The notes under the pieces were generated by a model, which did not search any database, had not been told where the DNA came from, and saw only the letters and a program-made list of their open reading frames with translations. The position numbers and the translations under genes were made by a program. DNA of 64,000 nucleotides, taken from positions 3,776,001 to 3,840,000 of the forward strand of contig OY970342.1 of assembly GCA_963717505.1 (NCBI GenBank). Direction: 5' to 3'. The stretch is from Candidatus Eiseniibacteriota bacterium (lineage in GTDB: Bacteria; Eisenbacteria; RBG-16-71-46). This document shows, one piece after another, positions 45,501 through 54,306 of this stretch. The first letter of the stretch is position 1. Each line of letters starts with the position of its first letter.

Positions 45501-45591
45501 TGCCGGCATACGGCTGTGCCGAGGCCAGTCCCGCACTCGCAATCAACAACACGCCGGCCGCGAACCCGCGCTTCAGCAACCTCGAACGCAC
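42578..45591 (-). CDS. Large (about 1000 aa) secreted protein with T9SS-like C-terminal sorting domain (indels)
   Basis: Signal peptide ..GLASA-Q; DGRDNDGDGQIDED Ca-binding-like motif; FN3-like part (VTLAWD, YYRYVDREVKNGFIYFYSVTAFD); CTD VVPNPY..IRIYTVSGDLV..WNLISRNGQDIVSGIYMF..GRFVVIR. Confidence 0.78.
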
Positions 45592-45614
45592 GAGGCGAAG
45601 CCTCCGCCGGAAGC

Positions 45615-48346
45615 TCAGAAGGTGACGCTGAGACCCAAGCGCACGTTGCGGCCTTCTTCGAAGACTCGCGGATCGTTGACCGGCACCCAGTCGGCGACGC
45701 CGTCGCCGTTGGTGTCCTGCAGATAGGCGCCGCCCGCGCGACCGGTCTCGCGTGTAGTAGATCAGGTAGTCGTCCGCCCGACGGTGTCGACGAACGGATT
45801 CGGGAAGCTGCCCTGGTCGATCGAATCGATGTTCTTCGCGTTGAGCACGTTCCGGGCGTCGAAGAACAGCGTCACGTTCTGACCCCAGATCCGTAGAACT
45901 TGTCGCCGTCGATCGTCAGGCTCGAGTTCGACGGCAGCCGGCGCGAGTTCGTCGAGCCGGGATCGGGGCGCCGGTCGTTGCGGAACGTCGGCGTGAACGG
46001 GAAGCCCGAGCCGTAGATCCACAGCATGCGGAATCCCCACTTGCCCGGGTCGCGAACGGTCGACGAGACGCTCAGCGTGTGGCGCTGATCCCAGTCGAGC
46101 GGCTGCTCCGAGATCGGCAGGTAGAGCCGGCCGCCGTTGAAGAACTGCAGCGCCTGGTTCGGGATCCGACGCGACACCGGTCGCGAGCGAGTACGTGTAG
46201 TTGACCTCGGCCGAGAACTTGTGGCTGAAGCTCTTGGTGAGGCTGGCCTCGAAGCCGCGCGAGCTGGCGTAGTCGCCGTTGTAGAAGACGTTGACCAGGT
46301 TGCCGAACTCGTCGCGCTCCTGCCGGGTGGTGATCAGGCCGTAGATGTCCTTGAAGAACACCGAGAACTGGCCGGAGACGTCGCGCGAGAACAGGTGCTG
46401 CATGCCCGCCTGGTAGGCGATGTTGGTCTCGGGCTCGAGATCGGGGTTGCCGCGACGTCCGACGCTGGTGCCGACGCCACGGTTCTCGAAGATGAAGCTG
46501 CGCGCCGGCGTCTGGTAGGTCCAGCCGTAGTGGAAGCTCAGCACGTCCTTGTCCGAGATCGGATACGCGATTCCGAGCCGCGGGCTGAACTGCTGCTTGT
46601 AGCGCTGGCCGCTCGACCAGGTCCGCGTCGGCAATCTGATCGCCGGGCGTGAAGAAGTCGTAGCGCACGCCGGCGTTCAGCACCAGACCCTCGTACTCCC
46701 AGCGGTCCTGGACGTACGCCGCGCCCTCGGGGTTGTAGTTCACGAAGTCGGAGCGGCTGCCGCCCGGCAGGCCGTTGGTCTCGGTGTTCGGCAGCGGTCA
46801 GCGTCAGGTTCTCGACCCGGTTGTAGCGCGCCTCGAGCCCGGTCTTGACCGTGTGCTGCTTCCAGTTCCGGGTCGAGAAGTCGCTCTTGACGGTCCAGGT
46901 CTGCGCGTCGCGCTCGAGTAGTTCGGGAAGTCCCCGTGGGTCGCGAAGTAGGGGTTGTTCTCGGTGCCGAGCCCGATGTTGCCGGTCCAGTAGAACGGAC
47001 TCTGGATTCGATACTCCCAGGGCTGCTTGCGCCCGATCGAGAGCAGCGTCTGGAAGCTGCAGGGCGGACAGTCGCGTGGTCATGACCGATCTTGCTCGAG
47101 ATCTGGTTGGTCCAGACGCCGGTGAACTGCCGGTAGCGTGTCGTCGGTGGTCGGCACGTGGTCCGGCATGTTGACCGGCTGGTAGGTGCTGTCCTCCTGG
47201 GTCGCCGACCAGGTTCCGTAGCGCGGCCGGTAGCTGTCCGGCTGTCCGGCCGTGCGCACGGTGTCGTAGGTCACCTTCACGTAGCCCTCGCGGCTCCACA
47301 TGTGGTTGTAGGGCGTGATCGATCGGTGCGGTTGTTGATCGTCTCGAACGTGAACTTGTTCCTGCGGATTCGGGACGGTAGGCGAGCTTGAAGTTGGTGT
47401 TGACCTGGTTCGACTGGCGATTGCCGAGCGGTGATGAAGTCGAAGCAGCGTGCTGCGACGGCTTGGTCAGCGACGACGCGAGGTAGGTGTCGGTGAACGT
47501 GCCCTCGTAGGTCGCGAAGTAGGTCAGGTTGCGGATCGGCGTCGGCCCGCCGAAGCCGAAGGTGAAGCGATCGTAGTTGTTGAAGGTCTTGGTCGGATCG
47601 CCGTATCGATCGGTGTCCCAGCGCACTTCGCCGCCGAACCGATCGGTGCCTTCCTTGGTGCTGACGCTGATGACGCCCGAGAGTGCGTTGCCGAACTCGG
47701 CGTCGAACCCGCCCGAGAGCACCTCGGCGCCGGCGATCGCGAGGTTGGCGACGTTGGCGTTACGTCCGAGCAACGGGTCCGAGGCTTCGATGCCGTCGAT
47801 CTGGAACTTGACCTCGCCGCCACGCCCGCCGCGGAAGTGCAGGTCATCGCCCTGGGCGACGACGCCGGCCTTGGTTGCGACCGCCTGGCTCAGATTGTCC
47901 ACCGGCAGCTCCTTGAGCTTCTCGGCGGACGATCGACTGCTTGGTGCGTCGACGACTTGGTGTCGATGCGGCTTCTCGGCCTTGACCTCGATTTCCTCGA
48001 GTTCCTTGGTGATCTTGGTGGCGCCGACCGAGACCGTGACGGTCGCGATCTGGCCCGCGTTCACTTGGACTTCGACCGTGGTCGCCTCGTAGCCCAGGGC
48101 CTGGACGCGAATCTGGTGGGTGCCGACCGGGACTCCGGCAATGACGAACTTGCCGTTCTCGTCGGTCATCGCCCCCTGTTTGGTCCCGAGAACGACGACG
48201 TTGGCAAAGGCGACTGGGTCCTTGCCCCGTTCGAGCACGGTCCCATTGACCCTACCCGTCGTGTTGGGATCGGCGGGCTGGGCATGGCCCGGTGCGGTCA
48301 ACCCAAGGGCCAGCGCGATCACGGGAAGGAATGAGCTCAGACGCAC
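45615..48346 (-). CDS. TonB-dependent receptor with N-terminal carboxypeptidase-regulatory-like domain (indels)
   Basis: Signal peptide; GRVNGTV..ANVVVLGT..TDENGKF; plug HFRGGRGGE, SGGFDAEFGNALSGV; barrel AGVRYD, FSPRLG, GNPDLEPE, DWDQRH; ends RNVRLGLSVTF. Confidence 0.9.
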
Positions 48347-48401
48347 GAAAATCGAGTCTCCCAGCGGTCGGGTGCCATTTGGCGCCGTGAAGAATCGAGT
48401 G

Positions 48402-48430
48402 AACATGCCGATCGTAAACCTCCCTGTCAA
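48402..48430 (-). promoter_or_regulatory. Sigma70 promoter P2: TTGACA-17 nt-CATGTT
   Basis: Perfect -35 at 48425-48430, 17-nt spacer, -10 with conserved A(-11) and T(-7) at 48402-48407. Confidence 0.6.
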
Positions 48431-48600
48431 CGGGTTTCTCCCTGCAAGTCTTTTCGAGACCATGAGTTGTCGGCAGCGGTTGGCGAGAGTCGGGCAGGCG
48501 GCCGGGTCCGAAAATCTCTCGCGTCATCTCGAAGGGGGGAACAGCGTTCGCCGAGACACGAAATCGGGGCACGTGAAGGAGGTGCCCATACGCCCGAGCC
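48431..48600 (-). ncRNA. Candidate structured leader or small RNA between two tandem promoters
   Basis: Hairpins GGGCAC-CTCCTTCAC-GTGCCC (48567-48587) and GCGAGAG...CTCTCGC (48483-48522); no family recognised. Confidence 0.3.
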
Positions 48601-48606
48601 ACCGTC

Positions 48607-48635
48607 AATATCGACCTGAAGCCGAATCATGTCAA
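48607..48635 (-). promoter_or_regulatory. Sigma70 promoter P1: TTGACA-17 nt-GATATT with upstream A-tract
   Basis: -35 at 48630-48635, -10 at 48607-48612, A7 run just upstream. Confidence 0.6.
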
Positions 48636-48731
48636 GATTTTTTTCGGTGTGTAAACTGGCCGACCCAGGAACCGACCTAGGACCTGGAACCGCAAGCCCT
48701 TGTCCCCCGGCCCGCCAGTCCCTCCGAGCAA

Positions 48732-50348
48732 TTAGAATACCCACCTCAGGCGACCCGCCATTCGCTGGCCGCTCAGGGTCGGGCCGGTGGGATGGTCGTA
48801 GACCGCGCCTCCCCACTCCCGGACCACGCCGACATCGAGGACCCAGCGCACGCCACTGGGTCTGAGTCCGATTCCTCCGGTCAACCCGTGGACCACCACC
48901 TCATTCTGTTGGGTGAAGTCGTCCTGGTCTTCCCACAGATAGGAATAGCCTGCCCGCACCTGGACCGGTCCCTCCAGCTGCCACTCGAGACCCGTCCGGG
49001 CTTCCCAGCCGAGCTTCCGCGGCCCCGCGCCCGAAATGTCCTGGTCGCGCTGCGACTGGAAGAACCGACCCTCCGCGGCCACGAGGAACCGCCCGAACAA
49101 CCGCGCGACGCCGCCGCCGGCCTCCCACGAACGATCCGCCACGTGGTTGGCCAACACGCTGTCGGGCAGCGCCAGCGTATCGGCGCCCGGCCGGTAGAAC
49201 AGCGTGTTGAGGAAGTAATTGAAGCTGGTCAGATCACCGGGCACCGGCGGCGTCAAGCCGACCTTCCGATAGGCGGTGGCGCCGCCGAGGCCCAACTCGA
49301 ACTTTCCCACCTGCCAATGCGCACGCGCGCGAAACGTCGAACCTTCCTCTTCACGTTCGAGAAGCCGGCCGCGCCCGTTCAACGGCAACTGCCCGCTACC
49401 GGCGGACGTGGAGTACACCCAGTCCTGCGACGACTCCGCGGTCCAACCGCGGGCATCCACCCCGTACACGAACCCGGCGCCGATGCGTCCGGTCAACGAA
49501 GCCTGCCCGATTCGATAGGGTCGATCCTCGCGGACTTCCGAGGCATGCCGCGTTCCCTCGTTGCGCGCGAATACCTCGTGCGTCGCGAAGTCGTACCCCA
49601 CGGCCGCCGTCAGCGCGTTCGAGATGCGATACGAGGCCGACGCCCCGAGCCCGAAGGTACGCAAGTCAGCTTCGTCCGGAACGAACGTTCCGGGCGGACT
49701 CACCTGCGTGCCGTCCAGCGAGATGAAGTCGCCGGCGGCGTTGCTCATGAACAACCGGTAGCCATCGGTGCCGAACGTCTGGGCCGCATACATGCGCAAT
49801 CCGTAATGCAGGCGATCGGGCGCCAGGAACGGCATTCGGCCGGCGAGAATCGCAGTAATCCCCGGCGTCGATGCTTCGCTGCGAATCTCCTCGTCCTGAC
49901 TGAAGGGAACATCGCTCCGGGCGACATTGAAGATGCCGGAAACACCATAGGTCGTGTTCACGTCGCGCCGCCAGGCGTCGAGAAACGTTCGGAACTCCCG
50001 GCCGTAGAGATCCTGGCGCACGGTCTCCGGTTGCCCGAGCGGCTCGTACTGGCGCTGGAACGCCCGCGAGTAGGGACCGAAGTCGACCGTCGACATCGAA
50101 TCGGAGTCGATGACTCCCACCGGATTCCGTCCTAGCTCCCAGAGCCCGATCCGATGCTGCGGATCCTCGAGCACGTAGGACATCCGCCCCATACCGATCA
50201 GGCGGGGCGAACGCGCCACGGCGTCGGGGCCGAATCCAGGAATGTCGTCGAACGGCAGCTGCCCGCGTGCCGATCCGGGAAGAAGGACCGCGATGGCAGC
50301 CATCATGATGAGCGGCGCGAACCACGAGCCCCCGCGCGCAGGGATCAT
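48732..50348 (-). CDS. Hypothetical outer-membrane beta-barrel protein
   Basis: Signal peptide ..SARG-Q; alternating amphipathic strands; SPRLIGMG motif reminiscent of FadL/PorV-like N-termini; terminal RLRWVF. Confidence 0.7.
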   Translation of the reverse strand: MIPARGGSWFAPLIMMAAIAVLLPGSARGQLPFDDIPGFGPDAVARSPRLIGMGRMSYVLEDPQHRIGLWELGRNPVGVIDSDSMSTVDFGPYSRAFQRQYEPLGQPETVRQDLYGREFRTFLDAWRRDVNTTYGVSGIFNVARSDVPFSQDEEIRSEASTPGITAILAGRMPFLAPDRLHYGLRMYAAQTFGTDGYRLFMSNAAGDFISLDGTQVSPPGTFVPDEADLRTFGLGASASYRISNALTAAVGYDFATHEVFARNEGTRHASEVREDRPYRIGQASLTGRIGAGFVYGVDARGWTAESSQDWVYSTSAGSGQLPLNGRGRLLEREEEGSTFRARAHWQVGKFELGLGGATAYRKVGLTPPVPGDLTSFNYFLNTLFYRPGADTLALPDSVLANHVADRSWEAGGGVARLFGRFLVAAEGRFFQSQRDQDISGAGPRKLGWEARTGLEWQLEGPVQVRAGYSYLWEDQDDFTQQNEVVVHGLTGGIGLRPSGVRWVLDVGVVREWGGAVYDHPTGPTLSGQRMAGRLRWVF

Positions 50349-50491
50349 CCAGACTCCTTTCGAGCGCCTCGGCCAAATGCCGGGCGCCGAACAATCGAGA
50401 GGCCGCGGACGCACAGTCGCATCCGCGGCGCGCGGTCAACGAGTTCGCCGGTCACAGCGCGGGGCATCCTAGTGAGCGAGTCCGGAACGTG

Positions 50492-51149
50492 TCAACCCGG
50501 GAGGACCTTCGGACCGGCACCGCGGGGCCCGGAAACACACGGATGTCCAAGGAGGAAGTACCGCCACGCGTGGTCGCGACCCAGGCGGATGCCGACCCGC
50601 GGGCCCGAGGCGATTCGCCACCGGCCGCGCACCGGCGCCTGATCCGAGATCCATAGCGGACCTCGCACCAGGTCCGTCCCGTCGTGCTCCCGGGACAGGC
50701 CGAGAGCTCGGGCAACGGACCCCGGGCCCGAGGCCAGCTTGAGCTCGGGAACCGAGCCGCGCCGCACGCGCATCAACTCCTCCCCCCGGCACGGCTCGAG
50801 TGCGCGGATCAGCACCGCGGCGGCCACACCCTCGCGCCCGGTCACCAGGTTCAGGCAATGATGCATGCCGTAGGTGAAGTAGATGTAGGCGTGACCCGGC
50901 GGGCCGAACATGACCTGGTTGCGCGGCGTCCTGCCGCGATACGCATGGCTCGCCGGGTCGTCGCGCGCCGTCGTAGGCCTCGACCTCGACGATGCGACCG
51001 GCGACCAATCCGTCGGGGCTCTCGTGGACCAGCACGCGTCCGAGCACGGCGCGGGCCAGGGCGCGCGCGCCGCGCGCGTAGAAGCGTCGGTCGAGCGGCC
51101 GCCCGAGCCCGCGCTCTACGGCTCGGTCAGTGGCCGGCCGCGGCCTCAT
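50492..51149 (-). CDS. mpg: DNA-3-methyladenine glycosylase (MPG/AAG; indel near 50960)
   Basis: GRIVEVEAY, MFGPPGHAYIYFTYGMHHCLN, AVLIRALEP, SGPG, RVGI. Confidence 0.9.
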
Positions 51150-52518
51150 GCACGCCCAGCCGGCGCAGCGGCTCCATGAACAGCGGACTGGATCTCGCTC
51201 GAGCCGCTCGGCGGTGCGCGCCTCGAAACGCACCACCAGCGCCGGCTGCGTGTTCGACGCGCGCACCAGGCCCCAGCCGTCGCCGAACTCGACGCGCACG
51301 CCGTCGATGTCGATCACGCGGTAGCGACCCGCGAACTCGCGCTTGAGCTCCTCCGACGACCTCGAACTTGCGCTCCTCGGGGCAGTCGAGCCGCATCTCG
51401 GGTGTCGCGTGGTAGTGCGGGATCGAGTCGACCAGCTCGTCGCAGCGATCTGGCCCGGTCGCGGCGACGTAGCGCAGCAGACGCCCGGCCGCGAACAGCG
51501 CGTCGTCGAAGCCGAAGTAGCCCTCGCTGAAGAACATGTGGCCCGACATCTCCCCCGCGAGCGGCGCGCCGGTCTCCGTGCAGCCGCTGCTTGATCAGCG
51601 AGTGCCCGGTCTTCCACATCGACGGGCGGCCGCCGTGGGCGGCGATGTCCTCGACCAGCCCCTGCGAGCACTTGACGTCGAAGATGATCTCGGCGCCCGG
51701 CACGCCGCGTCGAGCACGTCGCGCGCGAGCAGCGCCAGCAGCTGGTCGCCGTAAGACGATCCGCCCGCTGGCGCGTCGACGGCGCCGATGCGGTCGGCGT
51801 CGCCGTCGAAGCCGATCCCGAGATCGGCGCCGGTCGCGCGCACCTCGGCGATCAGGTCGCGCAGCAGCGCCGGCACCGTCGGATCCGGCAGGTGGTTCGG
51901 GAAAGCGCCCGTCCAGCTCGGCGAACAGCGGCACGACGCGTGTGCCCATGCGCTCGAAGACCTGCGGCACGACCGTGCCGGCGCAGCCGTTGCCGCAGTC
52001 CATCACCACGTGCAGGCCGCGCGGGCTCGACAGTCGCTCGACCAGCATCGCGCGGTAGTCGTCGAGCATCGGGCGGTCGCTGCGCGAGCCGCCCGGCCGC
52101 GTCGCCGAACGCGCCGCGCTCGATGCGCTCGCGCATCGCCTGGATCTCGGCGCCGAACAGCGGCGCCGCGCGCCGCGTCATCTTGAAGCCGTTGAACTCG
52201 GGCGGGTTGTGGCTGCCGGTGATCTGCATGCCCGCCGTCGAGCCCGCGCGGCGACCACCGCGTAGTAGAGCGCCGGCGTCGGCACGACGCCGACGCGCTC
52301 GACGGCGACGCCGGCCGCGCGTCATGCCGCGCTCGACCGCGTGCGCGAGCCGCACGCTGCTCGGCCGCACGTCCGCCCGAGCGCGACCCGCGTGCCGCCG
52401 GCCTCGCGCGATCAGGGTGGCGAACGCGCGGCCCACGGCCTCGGCGGTCTCGTCGCGTCAGCTCGGTCTCGTGCAGGCCGCGGATGTCGTACTCGCGGAA
52501 GATGTGGCGCGGGATCAT
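51127..52518 (-). CDS. Phosphomannomutase/phosphoglucomutase (indels)
   Basis: [16 protein letters not shown] (catalytic Ser), DGDADR, GEMSGH, RASNTQP. Confidence 0.92.
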
Positions 52519-53643
52519 GCCGGTGTCCTTCCGCTTGAGGTAGGCGTCGATGAACGGGTCGAGGTCGCCGTCGAGCACGGCGTGCACGTCGCCGACCTTG
52601 GTCTCGGTGCGGTGGTCGTTGACCATGGTGTAGGGCTGCAGCACGTAGGAGCGGATCTGGCTGCCGAAGTCGATGTCCTTCTTGGGCGCCGGCCAGCGCC
52701 GCGGTCTTCTGCGCGCTCGCTGCTCCTGCGAGGTGGACGAACAGGCGCGACGCGCAGGATCTGCATCGCGAACTCGCGGTTGCGGTGCTGGCTGCGCTCG
52801 GCCTGCGACTGGACCACGATGCCGGTCGGCAGGTGGGTGATGCGCACCGCCGACTCGGTCTTGTTGACGTGCTGCCCGCCCGCGCCGCTGGCGCGGAACG
52901 TGTCGACGCGCAGATCGCCGGGCGCGATCTCGACGCGTGATCGTGTCGTCGACCATCGGGTAGCACGAACACCGAGGCGAACGAGGTGTGCCGCCGCTGG
53001 TTCGCGTCGTAGGGCGAGATGCGCACCAGCCGGTGCACGCCGCTCTCGGCCTTCAGGTAGCCGTAGGCGTACTCGCCGTCGATCTCGAGCGTGGCGTCCT
53101 TGATGCCCGGCCTCGTCGCCGGGCTGGAGGTCGAGCACGCTGGTCGGGTAGCCGTGGCGCTCGGCCCAGCGCAGGTACATGCGCATCAGCATCTGCGGCC
53201 CAGTCCTGCGACTCGGTGCCGCCCGCGCCGGGATGGATCGACACCAGCGCGCCGAGCCGGTCGTGCTCGCCGGACAGCAGGCTGCGGAGCTCGAGGTCGG
53301 CGACCTCGCGACTCGAGCGGGCCGAGCTCGGCGTCGAGCTCGCGCGAGCAGCTCGTCGTCGCCCTCGGCCTCGGCCAGCTCGAGCAGCTCGGCCAGTCGC
53401 GGCCAGCGACCTCGTCGCGCGCGCTCCAGTCGTCGACGGTGCGCTTGGCGCGCTTCGAGCTGCGCCGACCGTCTTCTGCGCCTCGTCCGGCCGGTCCCAG
53501 AATCCGGGCGCCGCCATGCGCGGCCTCGAGCGTCGTCGACCTCGCCGGCGCGGCGATCGACGTCAAAGGTACCTCCGCAGACTCGTCGAGGGTCTCGCGC
53601 GACCCGATCGAGCCGCTTGCCTGAGATCCGCCGCTGTCAGCAT
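52515..53643 (-). CDS. prfB: Peptide chain release factor 2 (programmed +1 frameshift; additional indels)
   Basis: [36 protein letters not shown]; first frame ends at CTT TGA C. Confidence 0.95.
53562..53577 (-). other. RF2 programmed +1 ribosomal frameshift site
   Basis: CGGAGG-TAC-CTT-TGA-C: internal SD 3 nt before the slippery CTT TGA, at about codon 26. Confidence 0.92.
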
Positions 53644-54306
53644 TCGTTCCTCCCCGGGGTCCCGCGCCGCGCGCGCAGACTCCGATACCGCCGCCCGCGC
53701 CGCCGCGCGCCAGCGCCTCGCAGCGTGTCCTGGTTCTCCAGCGTGACGTCGGCCGCCGCGCGAAACGCCTCGGCCGAGCGTTGCACCGACCAGCCGCCGC
53801 TCGCGCCTCTTCCGCGCTCCAGCCCCGCTCCCGCTGCAAGCCGCTCCATCTGATCCGACTCGCGGCGCGTCGACCGCGATCACCGCGTCGCACCAGCGCT
53901 CGAGGCCCCAGTCGAGCAACAGCGCCGCGTCGATCACGACCACGCCCGACCCTCGCCGCAGCGCGGCGAGCCGCTCGCGGATCCGCTCGATGATGCGCGG
54001 ATGCACCAGCCGATCGAGCCGCGCGCGCGCCGCGGGATCGGTGAACACGCGCGCCGCGACCACGCGCGCGATCGAGCGTGCCCTCGGCGCGGTAGACGTC
54101 GGCGACCGTACTCGGCGATCAGCGCCGCGACGCACCTCCGGGTCGTGATCGGTGACCTCGTGCCCCAGGGCGTCGGCGTCGATCACCGTCGCCCCGTCGG
54201 CGGCCAGCGCCCGCGCCACCGTGCTCTTGCCGCTCCCGGTGCGCCCGACCAGCCCGACGATGAATCGCGAATCGCCCGGAGGCCGAACCCGCCGCTCAGT
54301 GGACAT
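53637..54306 (-). CDS. coaE: Dephospho-CoA kinase (indels)
   Basis: [35 protein letters not shown]. Confidence 0.88.

Noticed and set aside
48347-48600. Cobalamin or TPP riboswitch ahead of the TBDR
   Set aside because: Core consensus elements (B12 box; TPP CUGAGA) could not be located; kept only as an unclassified structured RNA
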